The notes below the pieces were generated by a model, which saw only the letters and a program-made list of their open reading frames with translations, did no database searches and was not told the DNA's origin. Shown one piece after another: positions 1 through 15,473 of a stretch of DNA of 57,969 bases. The stretch is from positions 1 to 57,969 of IMG/VR virus record IMGVR_UViG_3300021400_000219; one strand, 5' to 3'. Position numbers and translations under genes: made by a program. The first letter of the stretch is position 1; every line of letters starts with the position of its first letter. The stretch is from a virus.

Positions 1-3000
1 TATAGTTTTAAAATAAAAAATAATAATCATTATGTTTATAATAGTAATTCAGGATAGTTAACTCGGTTATATTTAGATTCATATAATGGTAATAATTTTG
101 ATAATAATTATATATTTAGATATGATGATAATATTTTATTAAATATTATAAATGATAACAACTCTGATTTAACAAATGTAAGTAATATATATTATAATTA
201 TGAGCCTATCACTTCAGATACTTATGTAAGAATAACTTCTGCTCAACTAAATTTTGGAGATTCTAATTTTAGAACAATAATGAAAAATTAGGATTTAAAA
301 AATAATTTATATAGAGATTTATTTTCAATGTCTTATGATGTTTCTCTTACTGTAAATTATATGTTAAAATATGATGCTAGCGCAGGTCCTAGATATGGTA
401 CAATAATTACTCCTTTAGGAACAGAATATTTATGGGATTGGTTAATAGATGAAGAGAATTATTTAAATTTTTATGATTATAATGGTAATCAAAATATTTT
501 TCCTGGAACGAAAATAAAGACAGAAGATTTAATTTTTTATAGTATTACTGGATATAATAATTATCATAATTAGTTTGATTATGTAATATAGAATATTTAT
601 TATTATTTATTATATATACGTTGTATTAATAATTTTAGTTAGAATAGAAATGATTTTAATATTTTATCTGAACAATCATTAATAATTTTAGAAGATAATG
701 ACGATGAAGATATTTATAAAAATATATTAAATGAATTCACTATTTTAGATAAAAATAGAAATTCAACATCATTATCATTTGTAAGTAATTATATTTTAAA
801 TAATTTTTATTATAAAAATAATACTCGTCATACCGAGTCTGATGATTTATTTTATTATGATTTGATTACTCCCACTATACCCAATGAATACTATCAAATT
901 AGTTATGCCTTTAGTGAAAATTATTAGTTTGCTTTATTATATTATATATTATTAAAAGAAAGAGAATTTACTGAAACAGATTTATTTACTAGTCTGTTTA
1001 ATAATAGCACATTATTTTGGGATTATTTTTATTTAAATAATAAAATTAATGGTTCTGGATCTGTAATAGATTATTTATTAGATGAAAATAAATAGCACGA
1101 TATTAAAGGTATTGATTTAGAAAAAGATGGAGAACAATTTGATTATGTATTAGCTAGTGCGTCTCCTCCTTATTGTTTAAATAATGATGATTCACCTTCA
1201 ATTACTCATTATTTAGCAATAAATATTTAGAATATTTTAAAAACAAGTTTTCAAAAATTTTCTACTGTTAATGAATCTGAAGCTACTAAAGAAGCAAGAG
1301 ATAAATATTAGAAAAATAATATTTATTCATTTTTAAGTAATTTTTATAATAATTTAGGATCAAATATTAAAATTAAATCGACTTATGATACTACGTCTTC
1401 TACTCATTCAACTTTATATAGAGATTTAGCTTAGTTTTTATTAACAAATACATATTTAGAATAGAGTCATATATTAGATTATACTAATAGTGAAATTAAA
1501 ACTTTATTATATAATTTAATTATTAATCATCAAGATTTTTTAACTATTAGTTCTACTGATAATTTAGATAATATTTTTAAATTAAAATTTTTCCTTAATG
1601 CTAATAAGAAAAAATTATATAATATTCAATATGAAATTAATTCTATATTATCTCCTGCGGATTTATTTAATTTTTTAAAAACTTATTAGACATATTTTAA
1701 TAATTATAATTATGATTATATTAAATTAAATTTAATTACATCTTTAAATATATCAGAATTTAAAGAAGAAATTGCAAAATATTTTACAATACCAGATGCT
1801 GTAAATTCATTATCTAATATATTTACTAATTTAATAGCAGAAGCAAAAAATATTACAGATAAATTTCATGTTAAAATGAAGCAAAAAACAGATGTTACAT
1901 ATTCATATAAAGTATATTTTAATAATAAAGTTACTGATTTAACAGATTATATAAATAAAAATGAATATATAAGTTTTAATACTTTATATAATTTATATTT
2001 AACTGAATTTAAAATTAATAATATTTTTCAAACTAGTAATGAAGCTGATACATTTATAAAAGATTCTTTAAAAGAATCTAAAACTTTTAATTATTATAAT
2101 AAAAATAATTAGAAAGCTTTTATAAATGTAGATGGTCATTATATTGTTGATCCTTATGATAAATGGCATGAAGGAGAAATTTATTATGAACCTGTATAGA
2201 TTATTTAGAAATCTAGTTGTGTTCAACCTTTAAGATATTTAATTTCATCTACAAATACAGATGCTGGCTCTAAATATCCAAATAATTTAATTGAAATTTA
2301 TCCAGATTCTAATTTAACAACATCTTAGTTAATGAATTCATTATCTATTTTAAAAGTTACTATTTCTAATTTTGGAGATTATGATTTAATAATTAATGAG
2401 CCTATTCCTTTGCGCAATAATACTGTGGTTAGAGATGAATCTGGTTAGATATTATCAGAATATCGTTATATAGATGGAGCTACTTATGTACGTTATTCTA
2501 GTGGTGGCACAATGGATTATGATAATACTCCATATGAACTTTATAAACGAACATATGATGAAGTTTCTAAAGAAATTTTAATAACATAGGTAGAAACTAC
2601 TAATACAAATTTAAAATTATTGATTCCTAGTGAATCACAAACTATTTAGACTGATAATACAAATTTTATACCTAGAATTGAAAATAAAGTTTTAAAACCC
2701 GCTCCAGTATACATTCCTAATTTAGGCGCTTATGGTGTATAGTTTATTTAGGATGGGCAAGTAGTTTGGACTTAGCCTATAAATGTTTTTGAAGATAATT
2801 ATCCATCAAGTACATTAAATGCTTGGAATGGTAGAGATATTAAAACAGATGATGAAACTGGAACAATCCTTACATCAGCAATCTCTGCAGGCAAGAAAGA
2901 AAGAGATAATACTTTTACTGGTATTATGATGGGAGATTGGTCAAGAACTGATACAGATTCTTTTATTACTAAATAGACTGGATTATATGGCTTTTATCAT

Positions 3001-3915
3001 GGGTCAATGTCATATGCTTTTACTGATGATGGAAGAGGATTCATAGGTCGAGATGGTAGGGGTCGTATTTATTTTGATGGTAATAATTCTACTATTTATT
3101 CTAGTGAATGGAAAGGTAATCAACAATTAGGAATGTTTTTAGACGTAGATGATGGTGTTATAAAATTACATGCATAGAATGTAGCTTTAGATACAGGTCA
3201 TCAAATGCAATATATTACTTTAAGTGCTAAAGAGTCTAAATATCCATTGGCTATTGGATATGATGAGTATCCTAGTAAAAGAACTTTTAGAGTAAATTGG
3301 GATGGAAAAACATTTTTAGAAGATGCAGAAGTTCATGGTAAAATTGAAGCAGAAGAAGGCTATCTTAAAAATTTACAAGTTTTAGGCACTTTAGATTGTA
3401 GTTCAGGACTTATTAAAGGTGGAACTATTGAAGGTGGAACTATTAATGGTGGAACTATTAATGGTACAAGCATAAATGGTTCTTTATTAACTGGTGCTTA
3501 TGGTAATATTGGTGGTTGGGCTATTTTAGATTCTGGTATTTTTAGTAAAGATGGTCATGTTATGTTATATAATAGTGATTTAGGGATGGTTGCAGATAAA
3601 TTAACTATTAAAACTGCTGTAATAAATAATTGGGATGAATTAGCTAAAAATAAAAATGCGAAACCTGCTGTAAGTAATAATACTGTAATAGGAGAAATAG
3701 GTTTAATTACAGGCGATAATGAAACTAAAACTACTAATTTATTAGGAATAAAATCAATAACAGCTGAAGGTATAGCGATAGAAAGTGGGAAAAATATTCG
3801 TTTAAGCGGTATTGGATCTGGAAACTTAGCTAATGCTATTTATTTATAGGCTAAAGAGATAACATTTAAATGTGATGCTAAAAATCAAATTGGTATTTAT
3901 GCACGTTTTGCATAA
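1..3915 (+). CDS. Large virion structural protein, 5' partial (over 1300 codons in window; many internal TAG read as sense). The C-terminal part has GGTIEGGTINGGTING beta-helix-like repeats and a fibre/spike-like tail
   Basis: Frame 1 is open from nt 1 to the TAA at 3913-3915 with only TAG interruptions. Track ORFs 328, 1876 and 3205 are all in this frame. The translation is protein-like throughout (e.g. ...GSMSYAFTDDGRGFIGRDGRGRIYFDG..., GGTIEGGTINGGTING...). No start codon is resolvable inside the window. Confidence 0.55.
3418..3462 (+). repeat. Three tandem 15-nt units, GGTGGAACTATTRAW, encoding GGTIE/GGTIN repeats inside the first ORF
   Basis: Direct reading of ggtggaactattgaaggtggaactattaatggtggaactattaatggt. 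Confidence 0.6.
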
Positions 3916-3945
3916 TTAAAAGGGATATAAAGGAGATTAAAAATT

Positions 3946-4119
3946 ATGATAATTACAAAAGAACAATTAGAACAATTAGCTCGTATTTATAATACTTTAT
4001 TAAATGTAGGTACTCGTGGTGAAGATACTTTAATAATGGCAGATTGTTTACGAGCTTTAGAATAGGTGATTAAACAAATTAATACGGCTACAACTGAAAA
4101 AGATAATGTTGAAATTGTT
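3946..4119 (+). CDS. Small hypothetical protein (about 57 aa, MIITKEQLEQLARIYN...)
   Basis: AAAGGAG ribosome-binding site 8 nt upstream of the ATG. The frame ends at TAA and has one internal TAG. Confidence 0.4.
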
Positions 4120-4134
4120 GAGGGGTAATTAAAA

Positions 4135-7100
4135 ATGAGCAGTGGATATAAATTATATCCTCCTATTATCGGAGAATCTATTCCTGCTTTTTATGAAGAG
4201 AATGGAACTGCGGTTATTGCAGTTCCATTCTCTATTAATCGAGCAGTAGATCCTGATGAAATAGTAGGATTAAAAATAAAAATAAAAACAGTTCAAAGTA
4301 ATACTTTATTAAAAACTATTGAAATTGAATCAGGCGCAGGTTTAAATTCTATGATTACAAATAGAATTGCACGTTTTGAATGGAGATAGTCAGATGAAGC
4401 TTTTTCAAAAATTGCTATTGGATAGTTTTTAAAAATTTAGATTGCTTTTTTAAGTGCGGCTCCAGATTCTTCAACAAGTGTTGTTACAGGTTATTTTTCT
4501 AATGTAGGTATTATAAAATATACAGCTAAACCTAAAATATATATATTAAATGGTGAAGCTGAAAATCCTAATGGGACTGCGTTATTTAAAATGAATTATA
4601 TCGGTGTATATAATACACAAGGAGATATTAGTGAACGTCCTTATTCTTATTGTTTTACTTTATATGATTCTGAACGAAATGTAGTTGAATCTAGTGGATG
4701 GTTATTGCATAATTCGAGTGTAACTTATACAGTATCTGAATCATTATCTGTTGATTCAGTTATAGATACTTATACTTATACTTCTTCTTTAGTACCGAAT
4801 GAGTTATATTACATTCAATACAGTGTAAGAACAATAAATAATTTAGAAATTCATAGTCCAATTTATTCGTGTATGGATATTCCTGTTGGCAGACCTGTCG
4901 TGTAGACTGTTTTAAAAGCTGAAAATAATTTTGATAATGGTTATATTCAACTAAAATTTATTATGCCTATTTTTAAATATTTTACAAGAGCTATGTTAGA
5001 AGATAAAGAAGAATTTAGATTTTGGTATACTGCTTAGTTATTAGAAAATCATTCATCAACTATTATTCCTAGAAATTAGTTAAAAACTGATTATAATGCA
5101 AAAAATATTAAAATTTTAACTACTGAATATTATGATGCATCAATAATTAAAAATGCTTTAAAAAATAATTTATTTCCTTGGGTATCTTCTCCAGAAGAAA
5201 TTTATTATTTTTTAAAAAGTTTTACAATTATTTCAACGTCTTCTGATAGCGCAGAAAAGAAAATACGCTTATCAACTTATTAGGCTCATTTAAATGCATT
5301 AATAAAGTATTTAGAACAAGATATAGATAATGATACAGCTGTAGAACAAATTTTACCTAATCCAATAACTATAATCATTGAACGTTCAGATTGGACAAAT
5401 AATTATGAAAATTGGTAGATTATGTAGTAGAAATATTTTACTACTTATTCAGAGATGATTTTAGATTGGGAATTTAAAGATTTTACAATAGAGTAGGGAA
5501 TATATTATAAATATTCTTTTAGACAAATTAATATTAATAATATAATGACAGATAGAGATATTGCAAATTTTAATACTCCAATTATGGCAAATTTTGAAGA
5601 TATGTTTTTATATGATGGAAAACAAAATAAATAGTTAAAAATTCGTTTTAATCCTAAAGTTACTTCTTTTAAAACGACTTAGATGGAATAGAAAATAGAA
5701 ACTTTAGGTAGTCGTTATCCTTTTATTTTTAAGAATGGAGTAGTTAATTATAAAGAATTTCCTATCTCTGGATTGATTAGTTATAATAGTGATAATGAAG
5801 AATTATTTATTAATTATGAATAGGATTTAGGAATTGTTTTACCTGAAAAAATTCTTCGCACTTAGTCTCATGGTAAAACAGAATCTCAAAATATAGAATT
5901 AAATGATTATTTTGATAATCTAATAAATACTTATTCTATTTCAGATTATAATATGCGTGCTGAACGTATTTTTAAGACGAAAGTATTAGAATGGTTAAAT
6001 GATGGAAATATAAAATTATTTAAATCACCTTCAGAAGGTAATTATTTAATACGTTTAATGAATGTATCTTTATCTCCAGAAGATAGATTAGGACGTATGT
6101 TACATAATTTTACAGCGCAAGCTTATGAAGTAGAAGAATTAACTTTTGAGAATTTAAAAAATTTAGAATTTATTCCTTCTACTAATGGTTTTGAAAAATA
6201 GACATTAACTATTACAAGTGTAAATGTGTATGATAAATTTATAAAACCATTAACTTCTAAACCTAATCGTAATAATCCTTCTTTCTGTATTAATGGAGAA
6301 AATGAAATTATTAATTATTTAATTTTTGAACCTACAGAAAATACAGAAACAATTAATGGAATTGATTTTCGTATTGGTGGCGATAGTAGTCAAAATAAGG
6401 TTTTAGTATTTACACATTCAGGATTAGATTTATCTATAACTAATGCTATTTTACCTAATGTATATTTTAATATTTATGATAATATAGATAATATGAATGA
6501 TAATTAGCCAAATGCAACAGGAGATGCAGGAAGCACTATTATTTCTGATGATAGCTCTTGGGCTACTATAAAAAAAGCTTTACAAACTTTATTATCTGAT
6601 GTTGTAGTTACTTATGGTTATTATTCAACAGAGAATCCAATAGGATTAATTGGAAATATTAAAAATGTATATATTCAAAATAAAATTCAAACTCATATTG
6701 GTCCTTGGAATAAATCAATTTCTACTAATGTACATATTCCAATTGAAGGAAGTGGCACTTTAGAATAGATTTTAAAATATATAATATTAGATTTTAATCA
6801 AAAAGAAGTGATTGATTTAACCTTATATAATAATAAATATTATGATTCTAATCGTAGACAAGTTCCTAAAGCTAACTGGGATCCATTATGTATTTATAGA
6901 ATTATGAAATATGATGCAAATAAAGCACATACAGTTGATACAATTCCATAGCCTGGAAAACAATATTATCAATTAACAATGCAAAATAATATTCCTTATT
7001 ATGAAAAGGTAGATAATTTAACAGGTATAAATTTAGCTAGTTATTATAGTTGGGAAGCAACGACTGAAGATTTATGGTCATCTTCTGGCGGAAGTTTTTC

Positions 7101-7284
7101 TTCAATTCGTTCTACTGGTATAGATACTGGGGTAGAATTAGTGTTAGAGGATGGTTCTACTGTTACATCTAAAAAACCTCCAGTTATATTGAATTTAAAT
7201 AATAAATACCAATCTATAAAAATTAAGAATGGTATTTATTTACAATCAGCTTATCAAGCTAGAATAATAGAATATTACAATTAA
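4135..7284 (+). CDS. Large virion structural protein (about 1049 codons; baseplate or tail candidate) with about 20 internal TAG codons
   Basis: GAGGGG ribosome-binding site plus ATG at 4135. Track ORFs 4135, 4591, 5953, 6226 and 6979 are all in frame 1. Only TAG codons lie between them. The terminal TAA is at 7282-7284. Confidence 0.6.
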
Positions 7285-7299
7285 AGGAGCTATTAATTT

Positions 7300-10200
7300 A
7301 TGAAAAGTTTTGAAAAATTTAATAAAGAATTTAATAGACTGGCTCTTTTAGATGAAGAATTTTTAATTGCATTATAGGCTTAGAAAGAAAGAGAGTTATA
7401 TGCAAGAGTTTCTGCTTTAAATGAAGAAGAATTACCAATAGATTATTTAGAAGGTCGTATTTCAGGTGGTAGTATTAATATTGATGGAACTTCTGCTATT
7501 CGTAGAACTTGTAGTTTAACTTTAGTTACTGATGAATTAGATATTAATGATGTTTATTGGGGAATAAAAACTAAAGTAAAAATAGAAGTAGGTATGAAAA
7601 ATAATTTAAAAAAAGAGTATGGAGTAGATGGTACATAGTATCCAGATATTATTTGGTTTCCTTAGGGAGTTTATATTTTAACAAGTTTTAATACTTCTAT
7701 TTAGCTTAATGGTTATTCAATTAGTTTATAGGGTAAAGATAAAATGGCAATGCTTAATGGTGATTTAGGTGGATAGTTATTTGCTTCAGTAGACTTTGGA
7801 TCAGAAGAAATTGAAACAAGAACATTCGCGCAAGTTTCTTTATCAAATACAAATTCAGATGTATTAATTTCTGGTAATTATTATATAGAGGGTGTAGTTG
7901 ATGAAAATTTTCCAGAAGAAGTTTTTATTACAAATCCACCTAGTGATATGAGATATTCTTTTGAAGAATATATTACTAATGAATCAATAGAAATTCCTGA
8001 CAATGCAGATGCAGAGACATATTCTGCAAATACATTAGGTTTATATTATAAACATAATGGATTTTATAAATTAATTAAAAATAAAAATTTAAATACACCT
8101 AATTTAAAAAAATATCAAATATATTAGAAAGTTGTACATCCTAGTTAGATGTTTGAATATATAGGTGAAGGAGCAACAAATCAAATTATTAATGGTGCAG
8201 ATTCATTAGAATATGAAAAAGGTAAATATTATTATAATCCAGAAGATAAAGATGATTCAACTGCTACATCTTTTGATAATCAAGCAGGCGTATATGTTAT
8301 TGATTATGGTACTACTGCTTCAACAGGCCGATCTTATTGGAAATTAAAAACTATTTATAGATTAGAATTACATACTACTAAAACAAAAATTCCTTTAGAA
8401 AAAATAATTCGAGAAGCAGTTCATGCATATGCATTAGAACCTTATCATAATATTATAATTAATGATTTAGAAAATTATGGACTAGAATAGTTAACATATA
8501 AAGGTGATAAAGATTTAGTAGCTATTTAGAGAATTTCTGATGGAGAATTTTCTAATTTAGGATTTAAAGATAAAATTCATTATTGGGTAAAACTTAGTGA
8601 CACAGAAGCAAAATAGTTAAATAAAGATACTATTATTAATGATAAAGGAAAAGAAGAAATTTTTACAGTTGATCATTTAATTAAGAAAACTAATTTAATT
8701 AATGGCTCTGAACCTTTTAAATTTTCACAATTAAGTTCTTTATTAACAGAAATTCCAACGCAAGTTTATGCACAAGATCCAAGATTAAATGATATTTCTA
8801 CTTATTATGAAAAAACAGAGAATGATGAATATATTTTAACTTCAGATACTTCATTGTAGATTAATAAAACTTATTATACTCGTACAAAAAAAGGTAATAA
8901 ATATATTTATACACCAATATCTAATCCCGCTTTTTATTTAGCAATTATTTCTTATGGAGATGATATTGGATATCGCATTACTGATTTAACTTATACCGGT
9001 GATTTAATTACTAATTTGGGCGATTCTTTAACATCAATGTTAGATAAAATTAAAGATATGCTGGGAGAATTTGAATATTTTTATGATTTAAATGGACGTT
9101 TTGTTTTTTAGCAAAAAAAAAATTATGTTAATATTTCTTGGACTTAGTTAAAAAATAATGAAGATGAAGATTATGTAACTTATGCTAATGATACTACAAA
9201 ATTTTCTTTTAATTTTGAAGGCAATAAATTAATTACGGCTATTTCAAATTCTCCTTAGTTAAGTTCAGTTAGAAATGATTTTAGTGTATGGGGTAAAAGA
9301 AAAACAATTTCAGGAGAAGAATATCCTATTCATGCACGATATGCCATTGACAAAAAGCCTAAAGAATATATGTCTTTTAATGGTATATTATATTATACTG
9401 AAGAAGCAAGAAAAAATCCTTCTCCATATTATAAAGAATTAATAAGAGATGATATAGGATTACCTACAGCTTATCAAAAAAATAATAGTATTATACCTAG
9501 TTTTTTAAAAAAAGAAGATGGCTCAAGTGATTGGTGGGAATTAATGGATTGGGCAAATTATTACCAATCAAAAACAGGAGTTTATCCTACTTATACTTTA
9601 ATGCAATATTGTTCAGAAGGATTTAATGGTTCTTTAACAATAGGAGATAGGATTTATGATCTTACTCATTTTGCAAGAATTATTGTAGATTTAGACACTG
9701 GTGATAGCGCAGATACGATAAATGATCCAGAGCAATGGGTTCCTTATACACGACCTTTAAAATTAGGAGTTAATACAACTTTAACTTGGAATCCTTTTTA
9801 GCATGGATATCGTGGTTGCGGCCATACTTATGCTTAGTACAGATTATGGTATGATATGAATCCCGCTTTGCGTTCATTTATTTATAAACCGCAAATGCCT
9901 AATTCTTAGGTTATTGATATAGATGGTGGTTCACTTAATAACGATGAATTATCAGAAAAAACTGCTTTAATGGTTGATTGGCGAGAATTAATTTATCGTA
10001 TGGCAATTGATTATTTTGATGCTTAGGGATGTTCTGAAGAAGAACCTATTTTTAATAATAAACAAGAGATGGTAATAAATAAACCAGATTATTTTCTTAC
10101 TAAAGTTGCTGAATTAAACCCATATTATTATCCTACTGGATATACTGGATATGAACAATATTATACTGATATGGAAGGATTTTGGAGATAGTTATATAAT

Positions 10201-11064
10201 CCTGATTATGTACCTCAATTAAAATGGACTCCTGGTCAATATGAAACAGAAATTGTTACTAGACCTGGTTCAGTTTATAAATATAAAACATAGGCTTGGC
10301 ATGCTGAAAAACCAGATGGTTTTAATATTGAATATTATTTTTGTCCAAGTGAAAATATTGTTATCAATAAATAGGAAAGAGAATATTTTGATAATGATAA
10401 TGGTATTTATAAAAATGATACAGATTTAAAAAATGAATATTATCGTTATTTAATTAAAAATCAAAATATAGATGAAAATTATCATTTACGATATTGGAGT
10501 ACAAAAGTAGTGGAAGCTCCAGAAACATTAAATTTTTGGATTGATTTTTTAGATGATGTTAATGAGGTTGCTCAATTTTCCATTCCAATGATAGGAGATA
10601 GATCTATTACAATAAATGATGAAAAAATAAAAGCTATAGCTTATAAAGATATTCCGGGATTAATTGTTGTTTCACGCGATTAGAATAATCAAGAAAAAGG
10701 TAATGCTGAAAAAGCTATGTGGCAACAAGCTGAAGGGGCATTAATTGATTAGATTAAAGCTCAAAGTGGATATACATTTGTATGGTTACCTGTGGGTATG
10801 TCTTAGTTTTTTACTATTAGTTATAGAAGTTTATCAGCTAAAAATAAAATTGAATAGTTATTATATTAGTATAGTTATTGTCCAGAAAATATTACTATTA
10901 CCGCTTTACCTATATATCATTTAGAACCTAATACTCGTATTTATGTTAGAGACGACACAACAAAAATTAATGGTGAATATATCGTGAGCAAAATAACATT
11001 ACCATTAGATCATAAAGGAACGATGTCAATTTAGGCAACTAAGGCGCCAGAACGAATTATTTAA
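7300..11064 (+). CDS. Large virion structural protein (about 1254 codons) with many internal TAG codons
   Basis: AAAGGAG ribosome-binding site plus ATG at 7300. Frame 1 continues through track ORFs 8149 and 9370 to the TAA at 11062-11064. The off-frame ORF 10241 is low-complexity antisense-like junk. Confidence 0.6.
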
Positions 11065-11091
11065 TTAATAAGAAAGGATGGGATATTTTAA

Positions 11092-11421
11092 ATGACTTAG
11101 TATTTTAAATAGTTAATATTTTGTAAAACAAATTCTAATTATAATACTTTGGGTTTAACGGCAGAAAGTTTAATTTCTGGTTCAGCGTTTACTAATTATT
11201 TACCCCTTTCTTAGTTAGGGGTTTAGGCATTACCAGGAACAAAATTTTATTTAAATGGCAATACTAATCCTGTAATTGTTGGTTTTTCTGGTGTTTTTAA
11301 TATTGACTTATCTAATGGAGGAAATATTACTCAAATTACATTCGATAGAAAAAGTATTCAATCTATTGAAGATAATCCTTAGTCAATGCTTATTATAGAT
11401 ATGGCATATTTAGGAGGATAA
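11092..11421 (+). CDS. Hypothetical virion protein (about 109 aa; MTQYFKQLIF...)
   Basis: AAAGGATGGG upstream of the ATG at 11092. Frame 1 ends at the TAA at 11419-11421 and has internal TAG codons. Confidence 0.45.
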
Positions 11422-11426
11422 AATAA

Positions 11427-14375
11427 ATGGGATTTTATGGAGATCATTTAGATAGAGGAAAAGTAGCATTTCAATTTGATAGAATTTTTACTAATCGTAA
11501 ATCTATGGATTAGATGGCAGCCGCAGGTAATGATGGAGTATTTGCTGGAAGATTTGTTTTAGTTCAATACGATCCAGATGGTAAATTTTTTGAAGGTGAT
11601 GTAACTACTGGTTATTACAGTGATGGTGTTATTTATGCTGATTCAGATTTATTAAATCCTTATACATATAAAACACTTACTAAAGTTACTTCACCTTCTA
11701 TTTCAAATTGGGAATCTTATTATCAAAAAATTGGTAATTATTATTTTAAATTGCCTGGTGAAACTTATTTTAATAATGAAAATGATTATTATATAGCAAA
11801 TATTGATTCAAATAATTCTGTATATTTAAATTAGCTAGTTCGTATTTATGATAAAGATTTTGGATTTACTCAAACTTATTATAAATGTACAGGTGGAATT
11901 TCTGGCGCAGGATCAATAGCTACTTGGACATTAGTTAATCATGATAATACAGATTCTACTTATTTACGAAATTATAATATAGATAAGATTGCATATGGTA
12001 ATGATTTTGCTAGAAGAGGTTATGATGCAACAGTTTGGGAAAAAGTTTATAGTTAGGGATAGGGAAAATTTTTATTAATTGCATATTTAAATACAATATT
12101 TCCAGCTTTTGAATTATATGCAAATCCCCCTTCTGAATAGCCTGCAGTTCCATATATAGATGCTTTAAGCTCTGATGCCTTATATCGTATTCATGTGCCA
12201 AGTATGTTTGGTTTTCGTATTAAAGAAAAAGAAACTACTTCTTCTATTCCTTCAGATTAGGCAATAGATTAGATTTATTATAATTATGATAAAAAAAATA
12301 ATATTTTATCAACTTCAACTCGACACATTGATGCAGATATTTATTTTAATAAAGATGGTATGACACCTTCAATTCGTCGTTATGATAATACTGTTTTAAA
12401 TGAAATTTTAATTAAACCAACAGGAGCAAGTGGTAAAACTTATTTTGATAATAATGGTAATGAAATTAAAACAGATATGTATGAATTATCTATTCATTTA
12501 CCTATGATAGGCAATATAATATCTAATTTTTATGATTTAATATATACGGAAGAAAGGCATTTAGATACAGTTTGGTATGATCCTACTAATGCATTTCGAA
12601 ATAATGGAAATCCTGCTTTAAATTATAAAACATTTAATCCAAATTCTGTAGCAGGATTAATAAATACTTTTCAAAATAGATTAGGACAAATTATAAAAGA
12701 ATCATCTAGCCCTTTAACTAATGATTCAGCCGCAACATTAAATCAAAATTATATATATTCTTATGAAGATAAGTTTTATAGGGCGGGATATGATTATGAA
12801 TATATAGAAGTCCCAGAATATAGCTTAGTAGAAAATTTAACTGCCAGTAACTATGAACCTGGTAAATATTATACTAAAACAACAACAAATGGTAATGATG
12901 TATATAATATAGCAAATGGTAATTTTAATTCTTATACTAATATTCCTTTATATAGAAAAAATATTAATTATACCCCAGTAACGGTTTCACAAGAAGAATA
13001 TTTACCAAATACTTATTATGTTAAAAATAATAAAACTAATAAATTTGTTCCTGCAACAGAGACTTACTCATATTATCCTCATGGGGATTTAGGCTCTTAG
13101 TTTTATTAGAAAAATATTTCTGTTTTTAAATTTGTAAAAACAGAACTAGAAGGATATGTTAGTGGATAGTATTTTTATTTAGATAAAGATCATAATTATA
13201 TTAAAGATACTCAAGAAATAAGTCCAACTTTTAAAAGTATTCCTTATTATCATATTACTTCAGCAAATGAAAAAGGTCCAAAAACATTTAATAAAGTATT
13301 TGCTGCAAATACATTTTATTATTTAGAAGATAATTGTTATTGTTTAGAGTCTAAATCAATGCCTAATCCAGATATAGAGCATTATTATGAAATTACTCCA
13401 ACTAGACTCGCTACTAAAGCTTTAATTTATTAGCCTAATCAATATTATTATTATCCTGATGGACATAATTCTTTAGGTAATCCTATAGGAAAACCTAAAT
13501 TAGCAGAAGAAAATTCAGTGGTTGAAGGACATAAACCATATTACTATATTCCATTATAGGAAGATGTAACTTATGTTGAAGTTGATGGAAAAATTGTTGT
13601 AGGACATGCATTAGATGTAGCAAAATAGAAAATTGTGAATGTTTTTTCACCAACGCAAAGTTTAAATGATATTTATATTTTTTCAAATAATAAATATATT
13701 CCAGTATCATCTTTAAAAACTACTGATATTGAATATAATTATGAAGTTTTAACAGTTGTAGAAGCGACTAAATTTTTTGTACCAGGTTATTATTATAGAA
13801 AAGATCCTGAAACAGGAAATTATAATTTATAGATGACTTGGAGTGGAAGTTCTTCTACTCAATATATTGAATTAATAAATGTTGTTCCTGTTTCTAAGCC
13901 TTTTTATGAAGGCGGTAAATATTATTGGTATACAGGAACAATTTATGATATAGATTTTAATTCGAGTATGACTGTAGGTCGTGAATATTTTATAAATACA
14001 TCTTTATATGTGTTAAATGATGAATCTGAACGTTGGCCATATGGATTTGAATGGCGAGAATAGGCTGTATTTGTTCCAGCTTCTGTAACTTTAGCGACTA
14101 GAAAAGAAATACCCAGAATATTTGAAATTGAAGGAATTAATAATGATAAATCATCTATAAATGGTACAATTTTAACTCTTAATAAATTAATTGCTAATAA
14201 TGATGTTGATATTCGAGATAATACAACTTTAACAGGCGCCATTAATAATACACGAGATCTATTGCAATCAATTCATTCTAATTTAATTCCTCGTCGTATT
14301 TTATATATAAATGATTTTGGTTAGATTGCAACAAGTCCTTATTCTATTGATTAGTTAGCAACTCTATTACATTAA
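11427..14375 (+). CDS. Large virion structural protein (about 982 codons; MGFYGDHLDRGKVAFQFDRIF...)
   Basis: TAGGAGGAT ribosome-binding site plus ATG at 11427. Frame 0 continues through track ORFs 11514, 12360, 13635 and 13833 to the TAA at 14373-14375. Confidence 0.6.
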
Positions 14376-14458
14376 TTACTTAGGACAAATAAAGATAATG
14401 TATTTTTTTTCTTTTTAAAGTTTATTGAAAAGCTATTACAGAAAGGGGGAAATTAAAA

Positions 14459-15451
14459 TTGGATAATAATGCTCATTATGTTAAATTTATGAGAGGTTCG
14501 ATTTCTGCTTGGAATACTTTATTAACAACACCAGAAAAAATTGATAATGATACTTTATATTTTATATATGAATCTAATACAAATATTTTAGAAGGTAGTT
14601 TGTATTTAGGACAAAAGCTAATTAGTGGCAGTAATTCAGGATCAACAATAAATTTAAAAAATTTAAATGATATTTATATAGATGATACATCATTAGATTC
14701 TTTTTAGCTTTTAGTCTATGATGCTGGTAATGAGCAATGGACCAACGCCTCCTTAGATGATATCATAAATTCTACAATAGGAATTTTTACGGGGGCTAAA
14801 AATGATAAACCAGGTACAGCTGGATTAGTTCCTACTCCGTAGGCAGGAGATTAGAATAAATTTTTAAGAGGAGACGGCTCTTGGACTCCTATTATATTTG
14901 ACCGTGATGTTTTTGATGTCAATGATAATACTGGAGATATAACATTAGCTGATTTTAAAGCTGCAAATGTTGGTACAATTCCAATAAAAACTAATGCGGG
15001 TATTGAATGGGCTCCTATTGGCGCAGGCGGTGTTTCTCGTCAAATAATTTCTTTAGCTGATTTAAATGCGGCTATTGCTAATAATACCGCTAGTGGAAAC
15101 ACAATTTATATGATACCGATTGAGAATCCTACAGATTCTTCTAATTAGTATGAAGAATATATGGTGGTTTAGGGTAAATTAGAATTAGTAGGAACTCTTG
15201 GAAATGTAAATTTAGCAGATTATGTAACTAAATCAGCTTTTTAGTAGAACGTAACAAATATAAATAATCTTTTAAATGATCCTGATAATGGTTTAATTTC
15301 TCGAGTAGCTATTCTTGAAGCAGGAGTTGGTAATTTAGATAATTTTTATTCTTATTATAATACTAATAATCTTGTAGATGAAATAGCTGCTATTAATTCT
15401 GAATTAGTTGATTTAACAGATCGTTTAGAATGGCATGAATTGCCAAATTAA
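14459..15451 (+). CDS. Tail-fibre or collar-like protein (about 330 aa). It has the N-terminal motif ...GTAGLVPTPQAGDQNKFLRGDGSW... typical of phage fibre proteins
   Basis: GAAAGGGGGA ribosome-binding site plus TTG start at 14459. Frame 2 ends at the TAA at 15449-15451. The motif match is from recall of many phage tail-fibre N-termini. Confidence 0.6.
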
Positions 15452-15473
15452 AAAGAAAGGAGTCTGAAAATAA

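Noticed and set aside
10241-10429. Off-frame + ORFs (10241, 20858, 31086, 31800) and - ORFs 21465..21671, 36139..36423, 40685..40873 and 56664..56846
   Set aside because: Each lies in a different frame from the long TAG-bridged frame covering the same DNA, and each has junk-like composition.
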